Position numbers and translations under genes: made by a program
Shown: one piece after another, positions 50,189 through 62,018 of the stretch
Layout: every line of letters begins with the position of its first letter
Position numbering within the stretch: the first letter of the stretch is position 1
The notes under the pieces: generated by a model
Databases searched by the model: none
Told to the model about the DNA's origin: nothing
The model's input: the letters and a program-made list of their open reading frames with translations, nothing else
From: Phoronis australis
Taxonomy: Eukaryota; Animalia; Phoronida
Length of the DNA stretch: 64,000 nucleotides
Direction: 5' to 3'
Assembly (NCBI GenBank): GCA_002633005.1
Contig: NMRA01000077.1
Location: 124,001-188,000 of the forward strand

Positions 50189-51069
50189 GTTACTAACACT
50201 GAAACATGTCTCTCCAGTATGAGCAGGATCAAGTGTATTATTTTTAGTCACGGTAACATCAGGAACAGTTGTTATCAAGTTCATGAATTGCTGTTTTCGT
50301 ACCAGTTTGATTGTTTTGAATTTTTGTAAGTGAAACTAGACGAGATTTTACAAGTTTTCACAAGCTTTAATTGTTTTCACCAACACATCATTGGCATTTG
50401 ACTGGCAATGTTTCAGATATGTTTTGGAAAACAAATACATTTTTCCCTTTATTTTTTCCAAGGACACATGGCTTAAGGTATTTTTTGTACCCAGGTGAAC
50501 AGTCAAATACATTTGATGTGCAACGTGCAAATGTTATGTTTTGAATTTTACTTGTCTCATTCACCAAACTTGGGTTCAACTACTTAAATGGCCTTAGCGC
50601 TACTGTTACCAGTTCGAATCTGAACTCAAAGCTTGAGTTTTAAGTCTTCTATTTCTCAAATCATATTGTCATAAAGTGCTCATTTGGACTAAAAAGTCTT
50701 CTCGGTAAACTAGTATATTGTATTCAAGCATACAATCATTAACACATATTTTGAGTTCGTACTAAGAAGAAGGGAAAATGTCAAAAATGTTTTGAAGTCC
50801 CAGGTCGGAAATTTTCAACCGAACCTTGGACTTGTTGAATAATTAATATTACCAAAGACAAACACTTGTATTTTTGTCCTTACTGAGTTTCTTATTGTTT
50901 GATTGTGGTTTAAAGCTTTGATAGAAAAATAATTGCACAGTTGCAACTGCATATGCATGTTCATATCAGTTATGAGACGTTGTTGTTAATTAATCTCTTC
51001 ACTACAGTAACAGTAAAAATCTCACCAATTTTGGACACAGTATCTTATGGTGAACAAGTGTTATTGATT

Positions 51070-52601
51070 TTGATGCACCCACACATATGTATATGTGTGC
51101 GTGGGTGCTTATAAGTGTCAACATCTCTGTCTGCTTCCCGGAGGTCCGCGCTGTATCTCGTTAACCCCTTGCAGGATCTTGATAAGATTTGGCATATATG
51201 TTCCCATGAAGGTGATGCCCTATGATGACGAGTTAGAGACTGATGTAACCACAGTTATGTCCCCTAGTGGCAAGTTAAGTTTTTATGTTTGCCTCTGTTT
51301 CTTTGGGTGCCGTCATGAATTTTCATGAAATTTATGATTGATAAGATGATAAAGACTACCCATTTTCTGATTGATTTGTCAGATTTTGCACCACCTATCG
51401 TTCATTTCTGTTATCTGTAGCACTGTTTTTGGTGTCTCTGTCCACTAAACTGCTCAACGGATCGATGTGAGAATTGGCAGATGTGTTCTTGCCGAGAAGT
51501 CTATGGTTAATATGGTTACTATGGTTCCCCGCCATGGCCATTTGTCCTTTGCATCCTTGGCTGTATTTCCTTAACTCCGTGCAGTGTTTTGAAATTTGGT
51601 AGTTGTTTTCCTATGAACAGGACTTTCGGATGGATTCGACTACCGCTGTAAGTCTTCAGACCACGTTGACAGATTTTCTTGTAATTTGACAGATGAGCTT
51701 CAATGAAGGAAACAGTGACATTATAATTCCTGCTTGTTTAGTGTCTGCCTCTCTATGTATCAAACTGCTCCAACAATCAGTATGAAAATTACACTGATGT
51801 GTTCATCTGGGACTTCGTTGGCTGAGGTTGATTTTCAATTAGGTCCATGGCACTTTGTACTGGCAGGTTTGTTTTTTACGTCTGCAGCTTTGTCCTTAAC
51901 CCTTACACGGTCTTTGTGCAATTTGGCACGTGTTTTTCTATGAATATGAGAATAGATGGCAATGACTTTCACACAGATCCGACTACCACTCTGACTTCTG
52001 GTGGCAATTATATTTTTCTATGTTTATCCAGTATATCTTCAGAGCTCCTTGACAAAATGTCATGGAATTAGGCAAACATGGTTCTAAAGGAGGTGTAAAC
52101 ATCTTTTTGCTTTTAGACGGGTTAGACATTTCTACACCAGGTATTGGCCATTTTACGCATCAGTTGCTCTATCTATCAAACTGTACAAAGGATCATTTGG
52201 AAAATTGGCAGATTGACGACTAGTAATTTTCAGACAGGTCTGATTATTGTGGACAATTTCATTTTTGCATCCGCAGCTGTATCTGATAAACTCTTTGTAA
52301 TATCTTTGCGAGGTATGATAAATGTATTCCTACCACAACTCTTGGATATATCCTACTGCTGCTGTGCCTCACGTTGGCGTGTCTATTATTCTACATTTGC
52401 TTCTGTATATTTGCAGTTCTGGGGCTGACTTCTTAAAGTTAAGCAAATAGATTTCTATTAAGGATACAACAAAGCCTTCCCATTTTCAGATGGGTTCAGA
52501 TTATTCTGTGTCACCATTTTTGATACCAATTGACACCCCTTGAACCATACTGTTTGCGGTGCAGTTGTGTTCACATTTCAGTGCTTTGTGTTGCTCTTGT
52601 T
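51070..52601 (+). mobile_element. HINE/DINE-1-like element, older diverged copy
   Basis: 5' hairpin GCACCCAC...GTGGGTGC, GTCT repeats, internal units related to the 40567 copy, 3' GTGTTCACAT...GTTGCTCTTGTT. Confidence 0.62.
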
Positions 52602-53596
52602 TATTTCACGAATGATAAGTAGCACTGAATAAGTGCTTTATCCATTTTAAGGTTGTGTGGGACCCTGTAATATATCCAAATTATATAACATCATATTTCA
52701 GAAATGGTTGATCAAATTCATATAAAACTTTCAGATATTATGTTTAATGCACTGTTTTCCAAAATGTTTAGATTTGTTTTTAAGATGTCCTCCTAACTTT
52801 GCACGAAGGGCTATCGAAGATGTGATTTTTATGATCTGTGAAAAACTCAAAAAACAAAAAGGTAATTACGAAAACTAACAGCGTATTTAATTCTGACAAA
52901 ATTTGGTCATGGTATTCATACCTACTGTTGTTTGCCTATCAATACGCCTTTAATTTTTGGATAAATTTTACATGTTAGAGCCATGTGAAATATGAAAAAT
53001 AATCACTTTTTGTTATTAATTTTTGTCTGAAATTGGTGAGATTTTACCGTTTGTAGGACTGATTTGTAGTTTAGAATTTTGGTAATCATGGTTTGATATG
53101 TTCAAGTGCTATTAATAGTTATCTTGTTTAATGCTATTACAGAATTTGGTTTCACTTTTTAATGTGGATATTATTTAATATACTAACTTATGCATGGCTA
53201 AATATACCCTACATTCATTTTTAAGTGCAGTACCTTGATGCTTTTAGTAAGAATGCTTTGAGACTCAGAAATGCGTCATTTGGCTTTTTTACTTTATTCA
53301 TTGTTGCCTGAATTTTTTAACGTGCTAGTAGTTCTCAAAAAATCAACAAGTATTTTCTATTTGAAAATTGAAGAAATGTGCTGCGAAAATTCCCACATGT
53401 TCCATTTGTCAGATTTTCCAGTTTCTTCCGATTTCCTGTACTACGTTTTCAATACACAACTTTGAGAAAATTGGACAAAATCAACGAAATTTGTCTGAGT
53501 TTTTTTTTTTGGAAAACTGCTGTAACATTTTGATGACTTATGTTGTTTTGTAGCAGCGCGTGTAACTGCATGTGACCATGTTTGTTTTGTTAACAG

Positions 53597-53665
53597 ACCG
53601 CTTTGTCGTTAGACCAATGCACATCAATTATACAGACTCAACCCAGGTGGACTCACTTGTCAAAG
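53597..53665 (+). CDS. Candidate 69-nt cassette exon (DRFVVRPMHINYTDSTQVDSLVK), phase 1-1
   Basis: TTTGTTTTGTTAACAG| and AAG|GTATTC, open in the correct frame, falls in the variable HSPA12 insert. Confidence 0.55.
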
Positions 53666-54669
53666 GTATTCATCTGTGCAGTGGATTGTAATTTCCCGTT
53701 CAACCCTGCTTGTTTTTACGTTCCTCCATATTTGTTTTTTTTTACACCTTTGTTTATTTTAATCAAGTAACTAGAGTAAGTATGGGCGTTGAACAAAACA
53801 TTGTGTGCTTGAATGGAATGTTTCAAGATTAGGAGTGAGCGTTAAGCAAAATGTGGGCATTAACACATACATGTACAGTACAAGACAAAAGTAAATGGAC
53901 AAAATACCGTTCTCAGTCATGAGGGAAGACTACTCTAGTGATAAATTTGGCTTCTGCCCAGCCATCATGAGGAATTCTGGGTCATATTTATGAATACTGT
54001 ATGTTATTTTCAATGTTAGTAAATGAACTGAACCAACTAGTATTTTTCTGAGATTGTTTTTATTCAAGGTCTGTTAGCGTATTTGTTGAAATGTCACCTT
54101 ATCAGTTGCCATTGTCTAGTGCATGTATTCACTGTGTCAACTTGCTGTGTTTGGGGTGTGGTTATGAGGAAGTTAAATGTTTATTGTTTTTGTCACTAAC
54201 TGATTGCTCTTTGCCATAGAAACAAAACGTGTTTGGAAATATGTACTGTTTATGATAGTCCTTATTCTGTGTACTTAATGTTATGGTAAAGAAATCCTAA
54301 CTTGGGAGGGGTCTCTTAAGCTTGCAATGGTGAAAGTTATCTCAGAAAGGCAGTATTCCTTTTATTTTTCATTTAAGGAAAGGTTATTTTCCTTTTTAAA
54401 ATATGACCACACAGGTTTGGAAAAATGAATTTTAGAATATGAAATCAAAGATATTGGGTTGATTAAATTTCTTTTGAAAAGTGATAAAATTATTACTTTC
54501 TTGTGCTGACTTATTAAAAGCGACTGAACACAACTTTTGTCTGTTGCGTACCAAGTCAGTCAAATTCACAATATACTGGGATAGTTGTCAAAGTTCACCA
54601 GTGAACATGCATGTATATCAACAGTTTGGTTTGTTCATAAGTGATGAGGTGTTGCAGTAATTCTTCACC

Positions 54670-55266
54670 ATACACAGTATGGCCAATACACAGTATGGCC
54701 AATACACAGTATGGCCAATACACAGTATGGCCAATACACAGTATGGCCAATACACAGTATGGCCAATACACAGTATGGCCAATACACAGTATGGCCAATA
54801 CACAGTATGGCCAATACACAGTATGGCCAATACACAGTATGGCCAATACACAGTATGGCCAATACACAGTATGGCCAATACACAGTATGGCCAATACACA
54901 GTATGGCCAATACACAGTATGGCCAATACACAGTATGGCCAATACACAGTATGGCCAATACACAGTATGGCCAATACACAGTATGGCCAATACACAGTAT
55001 GGCCAATACACAGTATGGCCAATACACAGTATGGCCAATACACAGTATGGCCAATACACAGTATGGCCAATACACAGTATGGCCAATACACAGTATGGCC
55101 AATACACAGTATGGCCAATACACAGTATGGCCAATACACAGTATGGCCAATACACAGTATGGCCAATACACAGTATGGCCAATACACAGTATGGCCAATA
55201 CACAGTATGGCCAATACACAGTATGGCCAATACACAGTATGGCCAATACACAGTATGGCCAATACA
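54670..55266. repeat. Perfect 16-bp minisatellite x~37
   Basis: Unit TACACAGTATGGCCAA, no spacers; stop-free in all six frames, hence six artefact ORFs. Confidence 0.98.
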
Positions 55267-55422
55267 TGGAAAAGTTAGTCACATTTCTGTATGAAAATGA
55301 ACATTAAAAGAATAATGTACTGTATTAGTTGTATTGAAATGATTCAGTAGTAAATTCTTCATCATATGTAACATAGAAGTTAGCCTTTGAAACTTCAAAA
55401 ATGACCATTTTGTCAATTAAAT

Positions 55423-55577
55423 GTGTGAGATAAGTACTAAAGAATTATCATAATGTCTGTCTGCTGTCCAATGTAGGTGTGAGATAAGTACTAAAGAATT
55501 ATCATAATGTCTGTCCAATGTAGGTGTGAGATAAGTACTAAAGAATTATCATAATGTCTGTCTGCTGTCCAATGTAG
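55423..55577 (+). repeat. Triplicated splice-acceptor segment (54/47/54 nt)
   Basis: GTGTGAGATAAGTACTAAAGAATTATCATAATGTCTG...CCAATGTAG x3. Confidence 0.9.
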
Positions 55578-55706
55578 GTGTGCGCTACATGGTGGTGGAT
55601 TGTGGTGGAGGTACTGTCGACATGACTGTTCATGAGATTGACTACAACAATGGTGGTGGCTTAAAAGAACTGTGGAAGGCAACTGGAGGACCTTATGGTT
55701 CTGTTG
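55578..55706 (+). CDS. HSPA12A: HSPA12 core exon 5 (phosphate-2 motif [12 protein letters not shown] ... [10 protein letters not shown]), absent from ORF track
   Basis: Hand translation; ATGTAG| and TTG|GTATGT; phase 1-1. Confidence 0.96.
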
Positions 55707-55896
55707 GTATGTATTAGAATGATAGCAACTCATGATATGGTGCTGGTGGTGTTATGAAGGCAACGGGAGGACCTTATGGTTCTGTTGGTATGTATTAGAA
55801 TGATAGCAACTCCCGATGTGGTGCTAGTGGTGGTGGTGTTATGAAGGCAACGGGAGGACCTTGTGGTTCTGTTGGTAAATATGGGAATGATAGCAA
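55675..55896 (+). repeat. Triplicated exon-end/splice-donor segment (81 and 87 nt period)
   Basis: GAAGGCAAC(T/G)GGAGGACCTT(A/G)TGGTTCTGTTG|GTA x3. Confidence 0.9.
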
Positions 55897-55979
55897 TACG
55901 TCACGTATGAGGCACGTCGTGTTTGAAACTATTTTTCCTTAAAACTGTTGCTTTTATGCCAACCTTTTGGGCACCTTCA

Positions 55980-56478
55980 AGGGGAATCAACTATTGGTCA
56001 GACTTCAAAACCGCTCAGCAAAACCCAATGGCCAGTGTTCTAACTTGGTGGTTGGACCTTAAAACAGGTTGGCCGGTTACTCAAAACCAGATGGCCACAC
56101 CCAAATAAAACTGGTTGAACCCAAAATAGTTTGGCTGTTCCTCAAACACAATGGCCAAACAAATCACTGATTTTGAACGAAATAAACAAACGGGTAGGAA
56201 CAATAAACACTAGATGTCACTTGAACCTTTGATTGAGACTTTCAAGCGAGTCTCTGAAGAAGTCCAGCCATCATGTTTGATCATCGGCCAACTGATTATA
56301 GCTCCGACCATCATGTTTTGGGTCCGGCCAGCAAGATTTTTGGGTGAGGCCATCATGTTTTGAAGTCCGAACATACCTGTTTAATCACTGGCCATTTGGT
56401 TTTGCAGTCTAATCGACTGGTTTTGAACTCCAGGCAAGTGGTTTTGAAGTCTGGCCAATTGTTGAACTTACCCTCTTT
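55980..56478. mobile_element. MITE-like element with ~35-bp TIRs and nested inverted repeats
   Basis: TTGGTCAGACTTCAAAACCGCT vs AGTGGTTTTGAAGTCTGGCCAA; internal AATGGCCAGTG / CACTGGCCATT. Confidence 0.65.
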
Positions 56479-57157
56479 GACTGGCTATAATAAATTAATT
56501 TGAAATTGCGTTTGCCACGAACAATTTTTAAAATTAAATTGTCATACCTGTGGATGTAGACATGTTGTCTTGGTTGTAATATATCAGCAGTCATACGTAA
56601 GAATAGATTTATAAAACTTTTCATTAATTATACAGTGTTCCTGGATACATGAACATGCCTGATTTTATAGCAATGTATGCCCTAACTACAGCATCTGTTA
56701 ACAGCACCATCCCTAAGTGGGCTCTTCCAAACTGTGAGGTACAGGCCCTGGTGTCAATATTGGACATTTTTTCTCTCTTGAATGGAATGACTTTCTCTGG
56801 ATTCACAGCAATTAATTTATTGTTAACACAAAATTCTTCTGCCCGTATTGAGACTCATTCCTTGACAACAAAAAGATTGGTGCTTGTTTTAGTGGTTTTA
56901 TAAACTTGACAGTTTGCGATATCAATCAGAGCAGGAGAGTGTGGTCATGGTAGAAGCGGTGTTCATGGTGGGAAAGGGGATAGTCTAGTCCTGATGGCTG
57001 CACTGGTACTAATACATTTTATTTGGGGGGGGCGTGATTTCACCAACAGGACTTGCCACGATTGTTCAGTTTTATCAACAGCTTGTCCACTTAAATTATA
57101 GGATTTAGCACATTTTGTCCAAAATGATCATTCTTGGTTTGGTTCGTTTTCTTTCAG

Positions 57158-57360
57158 GTGTTGACATAGAATTTGAGAAGCTTCTGACAAACATTTTTGG
57201 TGCTGATTTTATGTATGAATTCAAGCGCAAGCGTCCCGCTGGATACGTAGATCTCATGATTGCCTTTGAGTCTCGCAAGCGAACCGCTTCACCATGGAAG
57301 GCCAACCATCTCAATGTCTCTTTACCATTTTCTTTTATCGACTACTACAAGAAGTACAAG
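57158..57360 (+). CDS. HSPA12A: HSPA12 core exon 6 (VDIEFEKLL...[11 protein letters not shown]...[11 protein letters not shown])
   Basis: Close match to HSPA12A; TTTCAG| and AAG|GTTGGT; phase 1-0. Confidence 0.96.
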
Positions 57361-57540
57361 GTTGGTGCTTATCATGGTGTATTCATTATTTTTCCGTTTC
57401 AACCCAAATAAAAATCATTTGTTTCAATGCATAATACACAAAAAATGTTTTGATTCGAATTTTAGCCACCTTATGCTTAAACTTGTTGTGAACTGCTTTT
57501 TGTGAATTTTTTATTGTTTTAGACCTCTTATCATGTCATA

Positions 57541-57652
57541 GTTGAACTGGTCTTAATTTGGTCCTTGTTCACAGTTGAACTGGTCTTAATTTGGTCCTTG
57601 TTCGTTGTTGAATTGGTCTTAATTTGGTCCGTGCTCAGATTTGAACTGGACC
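57541..57652. repeat. 33-bp minisatellite x~3.5
   Basis: Unit GTTGAACTGGTCTTAATTTGGTCCTTGTTCACA. Confidence 0.85.
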
Positions 57653-58024
57653 TGGGATGCACTGGCAGTTGATTACTGATTGAAGCTAGGCTCTGTAAAA
57701 GGCTCAACAATAGCAAACTGTCAGTTCTTTGAAAGTGCTTCACTTACAGGAGCATGGGCCTAATGTGTATATGTTTGTATGTATTATGTTGTATGTTATC
57801 TTGCGTGGGCATTTGTCTAGCTTCATCCAAAAACACAGAAGGAAACCTGGTGAAAAAAAACTTTTTTGAAACTAGCTGTAAAAATTTTTGTTCCGAAATA
57901 TTGGCCTGTTCTGGTTTCGATGTAAGGACATTTTGTTTCCTTTTTTTTTCTTTGAAAGCTACTATAGGTTTTGCCTTATCGCCCTATTACCAGGATATTA
58001 ACATGTAGTGAATGTTGTTCACAG

Positions 58025-58193
58025 GGTAGCCTGGTGGAAAACGCTATTCGAAAGTATGGAGACAAAGAAATCAGTTGGTCGACCCAGGGTATGATGAGAT
58101 TCACCCCTGATGCCATGAGAAGACTGTTTTTACCTACACTAGACCGTATTAAACAGGCCATTGGAGATGTGTTGAATAATCCTGCTGTAAAGG
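58025..58193 (+). CDS. HSPA12A: HSPA12 core exon 7 (WSTQGMMRFTPDAMRRLF)
   Basis: Matches HSPA12A WSSQGMLRMSPDAM; TTCACAG| and AGG|GTACGT; phase 0-1. Confidence 0.95.
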
Positions 58194-58294
58194 GTACGTG
58201 TCCAGTTTACACTAACAACAATGCTTATTAGATATAGTAAATATAGACGCTGATGTTGGCTTATAGTGAATAAATTAATACAGAAAAATCAGGA

Positions 58295-58365
58295 GCCTCA
58301 ACTGGACATCGAACCACAGGCTTCTAAATTGCTGGTCTACTGCTCTTACCACTGAGCTACTGAGG
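58295..58365 (-). mobile_element. tRNA-derived (Ala-like) SINE head or tRNA pseudogene
   Basis: Minus strand A box TAGCTCAGTGG, B box GGTTCGATGTCC, acceptor-like CCTCAG/TTGAGG, AGC at anticodon position, imperfect stems. Confidence 0.65.
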
Positions 58366-58684
58366 ACCTGTAATGGGATACTAAAATAACACACATTTGA
58401 CTTACATAGTAAGCAGAGTTTGAATTTGATTATCAAAATCCTGCACCCAACACCACTAGGGGGCTAAAGGATGTGTGACCTTCATGTAATATTGAAACAC
58501 TCACATTGACATAAACCTCCAAGTATGATGCACGATTCCAAAGTACTAGTATTTTGGTGTCCACTACTTGACTAGAGCTCTTGTGTACCTGAAGCATGTG
58601 CTTGTACTGTGAATTTTGTTCTGTTGTTGCCACAAAAACACATTTAAGTTTGAACACTGCATTTAATTATTCATTCCAACATTT

Positions 58685-59037
58685 CTATTATTAAAATCTC
58701 TTTGTCTATTATTTACATCAACCTCTTGTCTATTTACACTGTCACAATGTTTCGGTCGGTTTATTCTCTGACCATTGTCAGGTGTCCCAGCGTTCTTAGA
58801 AGAACGAGCACGGATATGTGGTGTGATGTTTTTGTCCGAGGCAGGATTTGAACTCATGACTTCTGAAACTACATATAATTCAATTCCAGCACCTTAACCA
58901 CTACACCACGAAGTCATCGATTTACTTAGGGGGAGTTTTATCATACTTAAACATTCCTAAGTAGACTGACCAAAACGTTGTGACAATTTAAATAGACAAG
59001 AGGTCGGCGTAAATAGACCAAGAGATTTTGATAATAG
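58685..59037. mobile_element. Element with ~75-bp TIRs enclosing a tRNA-like sequence
   Basis: CTATTATTAAAATCTCTTTGTCTATT...TGTCACAATGTTTCGGTC vs GACCAAAACGTTGTGACA...AATAGACCAAGAGATTTTGATAATAG; minus-strand A box TGGTGTAGTGG and B box GAGTTCAAATCC at ~58835-58915. Confidence 0.7.
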
Positions 59038-59120
59038 TAACACGCCACCACTTCAGGGTGGTTGTAGGAAGTCATCATTCCAACATTGTAATTGATGTCA
59101 TTCCATGATGTTTGTTTCAG

Positions 59121-59249
59121 ATGTCAAGTTTATGTTCCTTGTTGGAGGGTTTGCTGAGTCTCCCATCCTTCAACATGATCTGAAGCAGGAGTTTGGTCAC
59201 TTGTTACGCATAATCATACCACAAGATGTCTCTCAGACTATTCTCAAAG
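59121..59249 (+). CDS. HSPA12A: HSPA12 core exon 8 (adenosine motif FLVGGFAES ... IIIPQDV...ILK)
   Basis: Hsp70 LVGG motif; TTTCAG| and AAG|GTAACG; phase 1-1. Confidence 0.96.
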
Positions 59250-59332
59250 GTAACGCACATGCAGACTGTTTGATTTTGAACTCCTGGGCGAGATGCCTTC
59301 TCCTCTGTCTGATTGGGTTTTTGTGTTCGACT

Positions 59333-59395
59333 GATGGCTCGGTGGACTAGAGGGTCTGCACGGTTAGCAGAAGGTCCCGGGTTCAGTTATCTTTT
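59333..59395 (+). mobile_element. Degenerate tRNA-derived SINE head
   Basis: TGGCTCGGTGG A-box-like and GAAGGTCCCGGGTTC B-box-like motifs. Confidence 0.35.
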
Positions 59396-59929
59396 CAGAC
59401 TGATATTTATTAGTTCATGTGATGTGGCCACAGGTGCCGTGCTGAAAAGACTTTAAAATGTTTGCAATGCAGTACATTTCCTTGCCGGTTTATAAATTAC
59501 TTAACTACAACTGTTAATGTGAAGCTGAATAATAATCAATGTCAAACGTTTCTTATAACACTGTTCCATTTCCGAAAAAGCACCCGTGGGCACTTTCTGC
59601 TGGTGAGCGCTGTCTGAAATCCCTGGTACAATGTAGATTTGGCATTTTCCATTTTCTCATACTTGGATAATTTCTTTCATTAGGGTCATGTAAACAAGGT
59701 TTTTCCAGGACTCTCGTGTTATTGAGCGGGGTTATTTTTAGTGTCACATGTTTTATTTTTGTCATTTCAAGGCCATATCAAAATGGTACCAAGTACAAGA
59801 ACTTTGCGACAGCAGTTCCATTATGTTGTAATAATTTTCAATCAATTTCTTACTTGTAACAATTCTTACCCAGCATTTACTATTTGTGTTAATTCTTATA
59901 TGTTGTAATAATTTTCAATCTTCCCTCAG

Positions 59930-60408
59930 GTGCTGTGCTATTTGGCTTGGATCCAACTGTGGTCACCGTGAGGCGTTGTAGGATGACATATGGCGTGGGT
60001 GTCCTGAATCGTTTCGTCGCCTCCAAACATCCCAACGAGAAACGCATCAGTAAAGACGGTCACGAATGGTGCACAGATGTCTTCGACAAATTTGTCTCTG
60101 TCGACCAATCAGTTGCTCTTGGGGACACAGTTCTACGGAGTTACACCCCAGCAAAACCGGGTCAGAAGAATTCGATCATCAATGTCTACTGTTCAGAAAG
60201 AAACGACGTGAGATTTATCACTGACCAGGGTGTGAAAAAATGTGGCACACTCTGTTTGGACTTGTCTGACATTCAGTACCAGGCACTGCCAAAACGCCGA
60301 GAGATTCAAACACGGATGACATTTGGAGACACAGAGATTAAGGTTTCGTCGCTAGATGTCGCCACAGGGAAATGCGTAAAAGCCTCTATAGACTTCTTGA
60401 ATAAGTAA
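59930..60408 (+). CDS. HSPA12A: HSPA12 terminal exon (GAVLFGLDP...TYGVGVLNR...FGDTEIK...IDFLNK*)
   Basis: Close match to HSPA12A C-terminus; CCCTCAG| acceptor, TAA stop at 60406-60408. Confidence 0.97.
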
Positions 60409-61736
60409 GGGTATACGGAAGTATGTTAATGTGCCAAATCAAAATTTGCGCTTTTTACACAGAGGGACAATGTTTTGTTAATGAATTGTTTAAGGCTGGA
60501 GCTAGTGTAAAATTTCCGCAATAATTGAATGTACAGAGAAAACAATATGTAGTTTTTCTATTATTTAGCATTGCAAGATAGCCACAAAAGGTATGCTGTA
60601 GTGTTACACACAGTCACAGTTCAGATTTGAATACATTTTTGTAACTGTGCTGCAATTTTATTGCTCACCTTATGGTTGAAGATCACCAATTCCGCATTAA
60701 GATTTTTTCAGCTTTTTCTGCCATAACCACTTGCCTTAACCACTTGACTTAAGTTTTGTTTTAAGTAATGCCCGTTTCACTGCCTTTACTTGCCATTATT
60801 CTGTTAAGGAAGTTTTTTTGCAGATACTTTTTGGTACTCGGGTTTTGCACTGCATGATTTTTTTGTTATATAGGGCTTGTTTCTGAGCTACTGTTGTGCC
60901 AAAGTTGAGCCCAGTTATAGGTGCTAGTTTTAGTTACAATTGTTCTGACTTGCCTCTCAAGCGGGGGTGGTAGGAAATTTTCTCATCGGTATTTCATGGT
61001 CACTGCTCACGAGGTATTTCTCAAACAGTAGGTTTTGGTTTTCTAGTCAAGAGTTATCCCTAGATGATTCCCTGCACCACAGTGACGGGACAGTGATAAA
61101 ATAGACTCCTAGTGTGGAGATGGTTGACTCCTCACTCAACCTTCAATTTGATCAGATAAGAGGATTTAGTCTCACTGACAATCAACTTGCCTCTGCTACT
61201 TCCCAGAGTAGCCAGATATAGTCACTATTGTATTGCTGTAAATGTTGTTGTAGTTAATTTACTATTCCATTAATAGCTGTACGAAAATAGTAAATAGCTC
61301 TTGGAGCAAGTCTTGGCCATGTCCTGTGACTCTTATCTACATTCTTGTGCCAACATATCACTTAATATTTGTCATATCCTTGTGTTTTATATTGCATGCC
61401 AAAGGCTTTGCTGCATTTTACTGTGTCTCTTGAGATTCATAATTATTACTATTGAAGCATTTATATAAGTACCATTAGTTATTCTGTTCCCAGCTACTAT
61501 AATTTTTACAATTGACTTGCCATGGTTATGCTTTACACAGCCGTATGTTAATATAAGCGGTTTACTAGTCTTGTTGTAAAGTTACTTTTTACAATTGACT
61601 CTTTATAGCTGTAGTTATAGTTCATGCTGCCATATCTTGTTTATTTTTGATGACAGTCATAATTAAGTGCATTTCTTCACAATTTGGTAATTATTCAGCA
61701 TTTCGTCACTGATTAGTGATTGCCGTAACTCAGTCC

Positions 61737-61742
61737 AATAAA
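61737..61742 (+). promoter_or_regulatory. Candidate polyadenylation signal
   Basis: AATAAA ~1.3 kb after the stop, followed by a GT/T-rich tract (TCTTGTGTCTGTGTTCCTTGTTTT). Confidence 0.5.
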
Positions 61743-62018
61743 TACACTTCCATAGAATATTCTTGTGTCTGTGTTCCTTGTTTTCATGTTCAGGTGTGTT
61801 TTACCTGAAGTCTCAATTACAAATGTTCCCTTGGGCTACATTTTTGTTCCAACAACATCCAGTTCAGTGTTGTTTCGTTGATAAATTTCATTCTGGAGTT
61901 TTTCGCCTTGGTTATCAACCGCGGTAGCCATCTAAGGAAGATTTTTGACAAATTCAGTGGTTTGCAAACTGCACATGTGTTGCATATGTGTGTAGTCCAT
62001 TGAAATGACACAGACAAG

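Noticed and set aside
54595-55307. Six ~200-aa ORFs; possible CRISPR-like array
   Set aside because: Pure 16-bp tandem repeat with no spacers; the unit simply lacks stop codons.
58295-58915. Functional tRNA genes
   Set aside because: Stems are mismatched and contexts are repeat-like; treated as SINE/pseudo-tRNA.
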